NCBI GenBank assembly: GCA_026770705.1
Contig: JANJGN010000026.1
Coordinates: forward strand, 30,070,001-30,134,000
Length of the DNA stretch: 64,000 bases
Direction: 5' to 3'
Source: Isurus oxyrinchus
Lineage: Eukaryota
A program made the translations under genes and the position numbers. The notes below the pieces were generated by a model that worked only from the letters and a program-made list of their open reading frames with translations, did no database searches and had not been told where the DNA came from. Below, piece by piece: positions 41,356 to 52,599 of this stretch; position 1 is the stretch's first letter; every line of letters starts with the position of its first letter.

Positions 41356-41710
41356 CTGCCAATGAGTGGAGAAATGATCAGTTCATGACCCGCTTTCAGT
41401 GGAAGATAAAACATTTATTCTTGTGATATTGTGTAATATGCCGCAAAGTCCTGATATCCTGTGTTCCCAATACCAGTGAATGGTTGACAGCGGGAGGTCA
41501 ATAAAATTAGCTGCAATGATTTGGATGCTGAAGGATAACTTTTCTGATCTCCGTATCCGTTCTGATTCATTAACTTCTCTGTCAAAAGTTGATGTAAATT
41601 TTACCTTTCTCTGTAAACTTACTGTTGAATTATCAGGCGGGCGGGCTTCTTTTATCACTAATTTTCACAGGGTTGTCTTCGGGTCAGGGGCAGATCGAGA
41701 ATGCAAGGAG
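41356..41710 (+). pseudogene. Possible decayed non-rearranging VJ-type IgSF exon
   Basis: Acceptor CTCATAG. One frame gives Cys (41432), TGA 15 codons later at the Trp position (41477), Cys (41612, in DVNFTFLC) and FGSG (41678-41689). No RSS. Confidence 0.4.
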
Positions 41711-42186
41711 AGGCATTGTATAATGTGAGGAGATTCTTCTTATCTTCGGACCCAAATTGTACAGCGATAGCCACCCTGGCTGTAAATAGAATCACTTTGT
41801 TCATCCCCTGCATTTCGCTACATAAATCAATAATAATTCCTATGACTGATGACGCTTAATTATTGTAGTGAGATCTGGGTTGCTGCAAAACAAACTGACC
41901 TTTATTCCCTGATAATGTATTTTTTTTAGGTTCAACCGCTTGGGAAGTAGTGTAGAAATAAATGGATTTAATTTACAATGGAATTAGATTTTTATTAATA
42001 GATGCTCAACAGCAATTTCACCATTAGAACCAATGGAGACATTACAATGAATCCACTCAGCCAAATATCCCGAAACAGATAAAATGTCCACTTTTAACAA
42101 TAACCTATTGTAAACATCTGAGTCCATTCTGTTGGGGATATGGAAGGTGGGGCTGGATGCAGTCGCCGCCTCCACCAGGGAATCAA

Positions 42187-42230
42187 CAGGTGGCGCCTGG
42201 AAACCCGCCCCCTTCTGCCGGGTATTTAAA
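42187..42230 (+). promoter_or_regulatory. Putative VH promoter (E-box, GC box, TATA-like)
   Basis: CAGGTG at 42187, CCCGCCCC at 42204, TATTTAAA at 42223-42230, about 80-90 bp upstream of the leader ATG. No ATGCAAAT octamer seen. Confidence 0.55.
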
Positions 42231-42309
42231 TGCCGCTCACTGGGACCGGAATCCAACAGTCCGGGAGTTGGTTTGTTCACTGAGTTGTGGACAGAACCAT
42301 TTTCCCCAA

Positions 42310-42367
42310 ATGACCAGAACGATGAGGTCGGCGATTTCTCTCAGTTTGTTGCTGACTTTCTTATCCC
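42310..42367 (+). CDS. IGHV: VH leader exon
   Basis: (MTRT)MRSAISLSLLLTFLS(R), ATGs at 42310 and 42322, followed by donor GTGAGT at 42368. Confidence 0.92.
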
Positions 42368-42496
42368 GTGAGTAGTCTTTTATTGTCCAAGTCTCTCACT
42401 GTTACTGTCTCAGTGTTAGTCTCACTCTGGAATGTTACAGAGTCAGGAATCATTTCACCAGGATTAATCCTCGGGGTTTTTGATATATTTTTACAG

Positions 42497-42801
42497 GTGT
42501 TCAGTCGGAGGTTGTTTTGACTCAGCCAGAGGCAGAGACCGGGCGTCCCGGAGGCTCCCTGAGACTGACCTGTAAAACCAGCGGCTTCGATCTTGGCAGC
42601 TACAGGATGTACTGGTTCCGACAGGTTCCCGGACAGGGGCTGGAGTGGCTGGTTTACTACTATAGTTCATCCAACAACGGATACGCCCCAGCAATTAAGA
42701 ATCGATTCACTGCGTCCAAAGACACTTCAAGGAACATCTTCTCCTTGGAAATGACGAACCTGAAGACTGAAGACACCGCCATCTATTACTGTGCAAGAGA
42801 C
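42497..42801 (+). CDS. IGHV: VH gene segment exon (open)
   Basis: Acceptor TTACAG; [51 protein letters not shown]...[11 protein letters not shown]. Both Cys and the Trp are intact. Confidence 0.97.
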
Positions 42802-42840
42802 CACAGCGAGAGGAACCAGGGCTGGACCCGAACAAGAACA
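42802..42840 (+). other. VH 23-RSS
   Basis: Heptamer CACAGCG (42802-42808), 23-bp spacer, nonamer ACAAGAACA (42832-42840). Confidence 0.93.
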
Positions 42841-43203
42841 GATCGAGAGAAACTTCCATCACAACCTGACGGTCAGTACTTGTTTTAAATGTAATATTAA
42901 CTGTAATGATCAGAACCTGACAACAAGCCGCTTCTGACAAAAGTAAAACAGCAAATTTAACAGTAAAACCTAACAATCCAATTGATATAATGGGCTGAGC
43001 TTTTGGCTGTGTTTATATTTACTGTTAACAGTTTCCGCAATTACAGACCTGGATATAATGTTCATTTTAATATGTCTGATACTTGGAGGAGGGTCTCTGT
43101 TCATTGAGTTTTGTAAATTGCTGCATAAATACTAAATTAGATCAGAAGTAAACGTCTATTTGAAGTGAATATTGAAGGGCAGCACTGAACAGAGAGTGGG
43201 TGC

Positions 43204-43283
43204 CGTTTTTGTGCGGGTGTATTTCACTGTGATACGACAGTGGGTCACAGTGCTGTGCACAGCGACATCCTCATACAAAAACC
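43204..43283 (+). other. IGHD: D1 segment (ATACGACAGTGGGT, 43232-43245) with 5' 12-RSS and 3' 22-RSS
   Basis: CGTTTTTGT-12-CACTGTG, 14-bp core, CACAGTG-22-ACAAAAACC. This is the 12/22 arrangement typical of shark IgM D1. Confidence 0.93.
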
Positions 43284-43590
43284 TCAGAAGGAGTTTGTTC
43301 AAATTGGTGATCACAATCACAACAGGAAAAGTCAAAGAAATTGGGAGCTAAATAAAATAAGTGTAAGTAATATTGGCTTGTAAAAATATATGAAAGTCTT
43401 CCGCTTTGTTTGTGTTTACGGACACGTTAAATCTTCTTAGAGGCTTTTAAAGAACTCCAGTCACATTTATAAATATAATGACCAGCACAGGCTGAAATAT
43501 CTCACAGATTCACTCTTAGGCGAGTCGGGATCAGGTTTTTGAGTGCGCAGTGAGATTAAATCTCTGTATTTACAGTTAACAGTGTGCCGC

Positions 43591-43659
43591 AGTATATGAC
43601 ATGGTGTGTCTCACTGTGATATACTGGGTGGCACAGCAGTTACTGTCATTGCAAAAACC
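43591..43659 (+). other. IGHD: D2 segment (ATATACTGGGTGG, 43619-43631) with 12/12 RSSs
   Basis: AGTATATGA (degenerate)-12-CACTGTG, 13-bp core, CACAGCA-12-GCAAAAACC. Confidence 0.9.
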
Positions 43660-43987
43660 CTCAGCACTAATTGAGTCTGCCTGGGTCAGTGCTCGCTTTT
43701 ACAATCCTGCTATATTTACAATGAAGTATTATTTCCGTCCAGCACTGCCCAAAAAACGTGGTTTAAGATGGAAAAGTTGTGATAATTATGCATTCATCAG
43801 TTGGTGAATTCAATAACATGTTTATGTGTTATTCTGTGAATTATAAAACATGAGGATCATTGATAAATAGCTAAAGATATCCACATACGCAGATATAATT
43901 TCGTGAAGATTCATCGTGATCTTACTTTGCCTCGGACTTATGAATATTTAAAATAATGATGGATTTCTGTCTTTTTCGTGCAGGGAC

Positions 43988-44074
43988 AGTTATTGTATGG
44001 CACAGCCCAGGGAATGTAACACTGTGACGCTATGGGCTACTGGGGGAAAGGGACCATGGTGACGGTGACTGCAG
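43988..44074 (+). CDS. IGHJ: JH segment (44027-44074) with 5' 23-RSS
   Basis: AGTTATTGT-23-CACTGTG, then AMGYWGKGTMVTVTA (WGxG) and donor GTAAGA at 44075. Confidence 0.95.
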
Positions 44075-44980
44075 GTAAGAACCATGCACTTATTTAGTAA
44101 CTGTTTTATTTGAGTCTTTGCTTTTTTTTCGTCTATTTTAATAATTCATTCAGCCAATGAAACCTGGGTTTGGTGGATTCTGTATGCAGAATTTTTTACA
44201 ATGTTTCATGTGATTCTGCTGAAATTGAGTTATATAATTCCGCTGTGTCTTGACAAAAAGTGCTGCTGAGGGATTCAGTCCCTGGTTGTTGTGATTTGGT
44301 GTTTATCTGCTGAGGATACTGTGTGGCCGGACTACTTGAAATATCTAACGTTTGTAAAAACAGTTTGACGTTTCTGCAATGTTTAATCTCGGTGACATCT
44401 AACGGCTACGGCTTTTACCATCTGTTGCACAAGGGTTTAAAGAGGTTTGAAATCAAACCCAATATTAACAAAATATGCTTAAGTTTCAATATTAATTTAT
44501 TGAACATGTTCTGCCTACTTACAATGCCGGTGCCATTATTCCATATTTCGGTTTAGTTTAATTATTCATTCATTTGGTGACGAGCGGATTGTCTGGGATC
44601 GATATTGAGATTTTCTTGCAATGTGACATTGGATTCTGTTGGAAGTGTTTGTAGAATTGAGCTGCTTCTCCTTGAAATGGGTTTCAGCCGCTCAGTGATG
44701 TGATTTGGTGTTTTTCTGCTGAGGAGGTTGTGTGTCTGGGTGACTTTGAATTAGTAGAATTTATGAAACGGTTTGGCGGTTCTGCATTGTTCCTGCTTTG
44801 TTTAAACTCGGTGACATTAAGCGGTTACAGGTTTTGAGATTTGCATCTGCTTGAAGGGCGATTGTAGGCAGAAAACAGACAGGTTTCAGATATGGGAAAA
44901 AAAGCGTTTAAAATGTGTTAGAACATTTTGTCTTTATTTTAAGTGATAATTGCAGGTTATACTAAACCATAGATTATGAC

Positions 44981-46513
44981 TCCTCTCACTTTCTCCAAAT
45001 AAAAGGTGCGGCTATGGGTACCCGCATGGGCCCCAGCTATGCCTGTCTCTTTATGGGGTATGTGGAACATTCCTTGTTGCAGTCCTACCCCGGCCCCCTT
45101 CCACAACTTTTTCTCCGGTACATCGATGATTACTTCGGTGCCGCTTCATGCTCTCGTCGGGACTTGGAAAAATTTATTAATTTTGCTTCCAATCTCCACC
45201 CCTCCATCATTTTCACGTGGTCCATCTCTGACACTTCCCTTCCCTTCCTTGACCTCTCTGTCTCAATCTCTGGTGATAGACTGTCCACCAATATCCATTA
45301 CAAACCTACCGACTCCCATAGCTACCTCGACTACAGCTCCTCACACCCCGCTTCCTGTAAGGACTCCATCCCATTCTCTCAGTTCCTTCGCCTTCGTCGC
45401 ATCTGTTCCGATGATGCTACCTTCAAAAACGGTTCCTCTGACATGTCCTGCTTCTTCCTTAACCGAGGTTTTCCACCGACGGTCGTTGACAGGGCCCTCA
45501 ACCGTGTCCGGCCCATCTCCCGTGCATCCGCCCTCATGCCTTCTCCTCCCTCCCAGAAACATGATAGGGTCCCCCTTGTCCTCACTTATCACCCCACCAG
45601 CCTCCGCATTCAAAGGATCATCCTCCGCCATTTCCGCCAACTCCAGCATGATGCCACCACCAAACACATCTTCCCTTCACCCCCCTTATCGGCATTCCGT
45701 AGGGATCGCTCCCTCCGGGACACCCTGGTCCACTCCTCCATCACCCCCTACTCCTCAACCCCCTCCTATGGCACCACCCCATGCCCACGCAAAAGATGTA
45801 ACACCTGCCCCTTCACTTCCTCTCTCCTCACCGTCCAAGGGCCCAAACACTCCTTTCAAGTGAAGCAGCATTTCACTTGCATTTCCCCCAACTTAGTCTA
45901 CTGCATTCGTTGCTCCCAATGTGGTCTCCTCTACATTGGAGAGACCAAACGTAAACTGGGCGACCGCTTTGCAGAACACCTGCAGTCTGTCCGCAAGAAT
46001 GACCCAAACCTCCCTGTTGCTTGCCATTTTAACACTCCACCCTGCTCTCTTGCCCACATGTCTGTCCTTGGCTTACTGCATTGTTCCAGTGAAGCCCAAC
46101 GCAAACTGGAGGAACAACACCTCATCTTCCGACTAGGCACCTTACAGCCTTCCGGTCTGAATATTGAATTCAATAACTTTAGGTCGTGAGCTCCCTCCCC
46201 CATCCCTTTCTGTTTCCCCCCTTTTTTTCCCCTTTTTTTTCCCTATAAATTTTATAGATTTTTCTTTTCCCACCTATTTCCATTATTTTTAAATATTTTA
46301 AAATCTTTTATGCTCCCCCCACCCCCACTAGAGCTGTACCTTGAGTGCCCTACCATCCATTCTTAATTAGCACATTCGTTTAGATAATATCACCAACTTT
46401 AATTTTAACATCTATGTGTTCTTTGTACCATTGTCACTGACATCTTTTGATGATCTGCTTCTATCACTGCTTGTTTGTCTACACAAGCACCTCTGTCTCT
46501 CTCTCTCTCTCCG

Positions 46514-46544
<31 letters not shown>

Positions 46545-46705
46545 ACACACACACACCTTAAACCAGCTTATATTTCAACTCTTTCTTGGACTCGAAATCA
46601 AGTTCTGTCGAAGGGTCATGAGGACTCGAAACGTCAACTCTTTTCTTCTCCGCCGATGCTGCCAGACCTGCTGAGTTTTTCCAGGTAATCCTGTTTTTGT
46701 TTTGT
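44981..46705 (+). mobile_element. 5'-truncated Penelope copy in the JH-Cmu intron with 13-bp TSD
   Basis: Open 391-aa RT/GIY-YIG frame at 45014-46189; TSD CATAGATTATGAC at 44968-44980 and 46706-46718. Confidence 0.95.
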
Positions 46706-49109
46706 CATAGATTATGACGCTCATTCAGAGCATAATTCGTTACTGCAATCAGACACTATACAATTACAACGTTTTCAAATTGTAGAGTAAAATTAGTACA
46801 ATTCAAATGATTATAATGTTTCTCCATATTGATGGAACAGCTTTTATATTAACATAATTGATCATTAATCGCCTTTCACAATTCTGCTGTGCTCTGCGCA
46901 CAATTAACATGATCGGGAAAGTTTTTAGGCTGGAAACATTTTGTGATTATGCATGAAAAAATTTCAGTAAGAATATACTGACTCTACAGAATTGTTTGGT
47001 TTCAAAAGAGATTTTGAATTACTTTTTTTATATCCCTGATAACGTTTGCATTGACTTAAAGAAGAGTTTGACATTGCAGTTTGGCAATATGTCTATTTGG
47101 TTATTACATTCTTTCTGTGCAGCTGTAACCATATCATTCCTTCAATGTCATTGGGATTTGGATAGCGAGATAATTGTCACTAATCTAATTTTAAACAGTT
47201 TACTGGGGGTGTAATTCGCTGGCAGTAAAGGAATTGTTCTTACATTTTTTTTTTTGAACTGTAGGAAGGTGCAGACTGCATTTGAATAGAGATTGACAAG
47301 TAAAGGTTTGAAATTCGAACAGGTTAATTTAATTGCAAACATTAGTATTAGTTTTGAACTTAATAACAACATCCTGTCTCCCATTGCTGTGCTGTACACA
47401 GAATAGAATTATAGAAAAAGAACAGATTATATCTGAGATTCATGCTTAATTCTTATTAAATATTAAATTGAAGGACAAAATCTGGAATCAATTTGCCGGT
47501 TATATTTCAGTGGTGCAAATGATCTGAATGAATTGTTCTCATCCAGTTTTATACTGATCAATTTGGATCTTCTTTCAGTGAACAATATAATTAAGAATTA
47601 AATTATAGGGATTGTTATCTAGGAAGCAATTTTATTGATAATAGGTAACTGCCAGGAAGATTTGTTTACATGTAGCTTGGAGTTAAGACAAGTTTAATTC
47701 AGCAAACAGATGATACTACACCTCATCGACTGTTAATGCGATGTGACCCCGGTCAGATTTGAAAGTGTTTCAAATATTCAACTCATAAATTCGACGTGTG
47801 TATTGCTTGATGAGAATAGATGGAATTTATGATTTCTCAATCTGTTCAGAAACGCATAGTTTATAATTTTGTCCGTTAAAACAGAGCAGGAGAAGTAAAA
47901 ATAAAATAGTAAATATTCATCAGATTTAAGTAAATTTGATATACTTGCCTGAATGTTACCATCTAGTAATTTGAAGTTTATTGTTTCAGTGTCATGTTGA
48001 TTTAAATAAACCTCAATTATTTCACAAAGTACCAAGGAGAAACAAATTTTTAATCATTGAAAACTATTTTTATTATAAAGTAGAAATCAGCTAACAAAAA
48101 ATGAATTGACAATAACAAGATAATTAACTTACAATATAATATTAGTGATAATTAATTCAACATAAATGAACTCCAACAATTAAATAGTGTACTGGACATT
48201 ATAATGAATGCAAAATCTCAAAGGGTGGAGACAACTTTGAATTGTATCCAAAATGAATCCAGAAAAGTATACTTTTCTTACTCAGCTGTTTTCAGCTCGA
48301 TAATGTGTTTCGCCTTGATTTTTTTATTGGTTATATTTATACCTAAAATCAAATGAAATCAGTGGGTAATCGGTTTTCAATATAAATGTTTCCTGATTTG
48401 TTTAATTTTACCCTGTCATTCAGTCTTTATTACGGACAACCAATTATCCTGAATCTATAGTATTTTCTGTGCTCATTTTCAGGGTAACTTAAATCATACA
48501 TTGTTTGGAGATTTGAGTCAGACGGAGAATTAGATGGACTTCAAAGGGAGTTTTGAAATGAAAATCAGTTTAATTTCAAATAAATTATAGATTAATTGTA
48601 ACAAATTGACCATTGATCAATTAGAATCAAACAGCTTGAGTGAAATGGACAGATTGAACAGATCTATCTGCTGGGAACTCGACTGTTGCACCATTTGTGT
48701 CTGTTCTGTTTTTGTGCGCATGGTCACTCTGCTGGGACCAGGAATCTTCCTGACTGGTTGTTAACCTTCCGGTTCGCTCTCCTGTATTTCAGGAAGTGCA
48801 GTTCGATTTATTTCTTCACAAAACTTGTATTTGTGAGAAATGTGAAAGTTTGACTTTTTGACCAGGCGCCTCAGAAATGAGATGCCCAACCCATTGTGAC
48901 AGTCAGAAAGGACAGTTCAGAAATGACAGACAGTCTGTTGAAGGAGGTTTGGTCGATTTTAAGCCAGTGATGTTTCTGTCTTGGGAGTGTTCAGTTAGGC
49001 AATGCAGAGAGTTTTATCCTATGTTAATCCGTGCTGCCACAGTTCTTGACATATTTGGTTGGACAAAGCGGAGGAAGAAATTACTCTGCATCTTATTTTT
49101 AATCCTATT

Positions 49110-49690
49110 ATAAGATGTTGGGGTCGCTGGCAAGGCCAGCATTTGTTGCCCATCCTAATTGCCGATCCTTGAGGAAGTGTTGAAATGCCGCCTCCTTGAA
49201 TAGCTGCAGGTTCATACACAGTTCTGTTAGGTCAGGAGTTCCAGGATTTTGACCCATTGACAGTGAAGGAACGGCGATATAGTTCCAAGTCAGAATGTTC
49301 AGTGTCTTGGAGGGGAACATACAGGTGGTGGTGTTTCAAACACCTGCTGCCCTTATCCTTCTAGTTAGGAGAGGTTGCGGGTTTTGAAGGAGCCTTGGCG
49401 AGTTGCTGCAATGAATCTTGTATATGGTACACACTGATGTCACTGTGCGTCGGTGGGGGAGGGAGGGAATGTTTAAGGTAGTGGACGGAGTACCAATTCT
49501 GTGGGCTGCTTTGTCCTGGATAGTATCGAGTTTCTTGGGGTTTTTTGAAGTTTCACACATTGAGGCAAGCGGAAACTATTCAATCCCAGTCCTGACTTGA
49601 GCCTTGTAGATGGTCAGTTTTCTTTGGGCGATAAGAGTTGAATTACTCACCACAGAATTCCCAGCCTCTGACCGGCTCCTGCAGCACAGC
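49110..49690 (-). mobile_element. CR1-group LINE 3' remnant
   Basis: KLDTIQDKAAHRIG...SL.HRRTV. Confidence 0.75.
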
Positions 49691-50459
49691 ACTTATATCA
49701 AAACCGGATTGAACCCTCTACTGGGCATATTTGATGGAACAATGTAGAGAGAGTTTTATTTTATGTCAAACCAGTGCTGTACCTGACCCGGAGTGTTTGA
49801 CAATTCAGTGGAGAGTTGGCTTTCTATTGAATCGCACCCTTGCAGCTGATGACAGGAATGTACTGGGGGAGGAGTGGGGAATTTAATCCATATCTTAACG
49901 TGTCCTGGGAGTCTTCTCCCTGCAGAGGTCAAACAAATTGAATCAGCATTGAACTAACTGGCCGTGGGTTTTCGAGCCAGATCTGTGCAAATAAGTTGTT
50001 CCATTGCTCGGTTGAAATGACACACGTTAACTGTTTTTAACAATATTTCTGCAGAGAACATGTATAAATTTTAATGAATTAATTATGTTTAAGCACTTTG
50101 AGTATCAGAAAATCATTGAATGTGAGTGACCTGAACTTGAGCACAATTTCAGAACAAACAGAATCAGGAAGTGACAGTGAGGCTCCAGAGAGCAGCGCCC
50201 GTTCTGATTGGATCAGAGGCTGCGAGATATTTAAACAATTGGAATGGACAATGACCAGACTCCCACTCCAAGTAACCAGCCGCGGGGGATTTGGGAAAAG
50301 GAGCCACCATCAAAAACTGAGCCACTGGATTGCCACCTGCAGGGAGAGGAATGAATTACAGAAATGAGAGCATGAGGAGGACATTCGGCTCTTCGATCCT
50401 GCCCTCCATTCAGTCAGATCATGGCTGATCTACCTCGACACACTTAGTCTCTTTACCAC

Positions 50460-50571
50460 ACACCCTCACTCGCTCACTTTCTCTGTCACACACGCTCTCT
50501 CTCACATATGTGCACACACATTCTCTCACACACTCTCTCTGACAGACACACACTCTCTCTTTCTCTCTCTG

Positions 50572-50620
<49 letters not shown>

Positions 50621-50950
50621 TTCGCTCTCTCACAGACAAACTCCCTTTAACATGTACACACTATCTCCTACACACATACATGCACTCTTTCTTTCTCACA
50701 CATGCACTCTCACACATGCATTCTCTCTCTCTCACACACACACACACGCACACACTCTCTCTCTTTTACACACACCCACTCTCTATCTCACATACATGCA
50801 CCCTCTCTCCCACACACACATACATACACTCAATTCTCCCCCTCTCTCAAACACAGACACATAATACTGTCTCACAGACACATAATACTCTCTCTCATAC
50901 ACACACATCCTCATTCTCTCTCTGATGCACACAGAAACACATTCACATTC

Positions 50951-51036
<86 letters not shown>

Positions 51037-51385
51037 TTCCTCTCACACATGCACTCATTCTCATTCTCTCACTCTCTCACGCACACACACTCTCTCTCTG
51101 ACACACACACTGGCTCTCTCACACACTCTTTCTCTCTCACACACACACTCTCTCTCACACACTTATACTACATATCACTCGCACCCCTACACACACTCTC
51201 TCTCTCACACACACACACAAATACATTCACTCTCTCTCTCACACATGCTCTCTCTCTCTGACACTCTCACGCTTATACTCCCTATGACACTCTCCCTCCC
51301 TCACACACACTCACACACGCACACACACACTCTTTGTCTGTCTGTCTCTCTCTCTCTCTTTCTCATGCACACACACACATTCGCA
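50460..51385 (+). repeat. (CA)n/(CT)n compound microsatellite
   Basis: Direct inspection. Confidence 0.95.
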
Positions 51386-51799
51386 AACACAGAAGTGGGC
51401 TGAAAATGCTAATTTCAGAAAGAAGATCAGTTAAGCTGCAGGCATGTTCATTGTTCCATTTCTGATGTCTTTTTTTGTAAAATGAAATTACACAGGTGAC
51501 ATCACTATATATGTGGAGAATTTCCAAGTGTTGAACCAAACACAAAGAAACAAGAAAAAGGGAGGGATGTGTTGGAGACCACGGCCGCCTGGATCCCCAA
51601 TACAGGTGCACACTTGGCGCAAGATGCCTGCACGGCCCATCCTGGCTTTGCTGTAACCTTCCCCTCCAGCCTCCTCAGTCTGCCTATTCACGCACTGACA
51701 CGGGTTTCTCCAAGAAAGGCATTGGCACTAAAGCAGCTGGCCAGCGCTCTACACTGCTGCCTGACTTTACACAGCTGGTGTTACTGAAAGCTGATCAAT

Positions 51800-51973
51800 A
51801 TGGTGAATCAGGACAGGATCGATGGAGAGGAAGAGGAGGAGGTGGAGGTGGTGGAGCCGAATGGAGGAGCCCCCAGCTCGGCTGTGGACAACAGACAATG
51901 GAAAGCTGAGCCAGAGCAGAAAGTCATCTGGAGAAACATCGCCTTGATGAGCCTGCAGCACCTGGGCACCCTC
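51800..51973 (+). pseudogene. Stearoyl-CoA desaturase (SCD5-like) N-terminal fragment
   Basis: MVNQD...QKVIWRNIALMSLQHLG resembles the SCD/SCD5 motif IVWRNVVLMSLLHLG; breaks off into (CACT) repeats. Confidence 0.7.
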
Positions 51974-52510
51974 ACTCCCCATAATCACTCACCCTCACTC
52001 AATCTCACTCACTCACCCTCACTCACGCTCACTCTATCACCCCCACTCACCCACCCTCATTCACTCACCGTCACTCAATCTCACTCCTTCACCCACCCTC
52101 ACCCACTCACCCAGCTTCACTCACCCTTATTCACTCACCATCAATTAAATTAACCTTCACTCACTCACCCTAACTCACCCTCCCATCCTCACTCACCTAC
52201 CTTCACTGACACTCAATATCTCATCCACCCGCCCTCACACACCCACTCACCCTCACTCACATACCCACCCTCACATACCCACCAACCCTCACTCAGCCAC
52301 TCGACTACCCTCATTCAATCACCACCCTCACTCATTCACTCATCCACTCTCACTCACCCATATTCAGACACCCACCCACGCCCACTCACCACCCACCCTC
52401 ACTCACACCTTCACTCACCCACGCACCCTCACTCACTCAGCCACCTGCCCTCGCTCTGTCACTCAGCCACCCTCACTTTATCAATCATGCACACGCTCAC
52501 TCACTCGATC
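51974..52510 (+). repeat. C-rich (CACT/CACC) low-complexity tract
   Basis: Direct inspection. Confidence 0.9.
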
Positions 52511-52599
52511 ACTTTTCATAAATCGGTGTGTGGGAGGGCTGGAACTGCGGGGAAGAGAGACCTAGCAATGCCAGAAAGTGGAGCATGGCTGAAGGGAGC

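Noticed and set aside
43534-43542. Extra nonamer GGTTTTTGA suggesting a third D
   Set aside because: No heptamer 12 or 22-23 bp away.
50508-51403. His/Thr-rich ORFs (also at 62824-63926)
   Set aside because: Translations of CA microsatellites.
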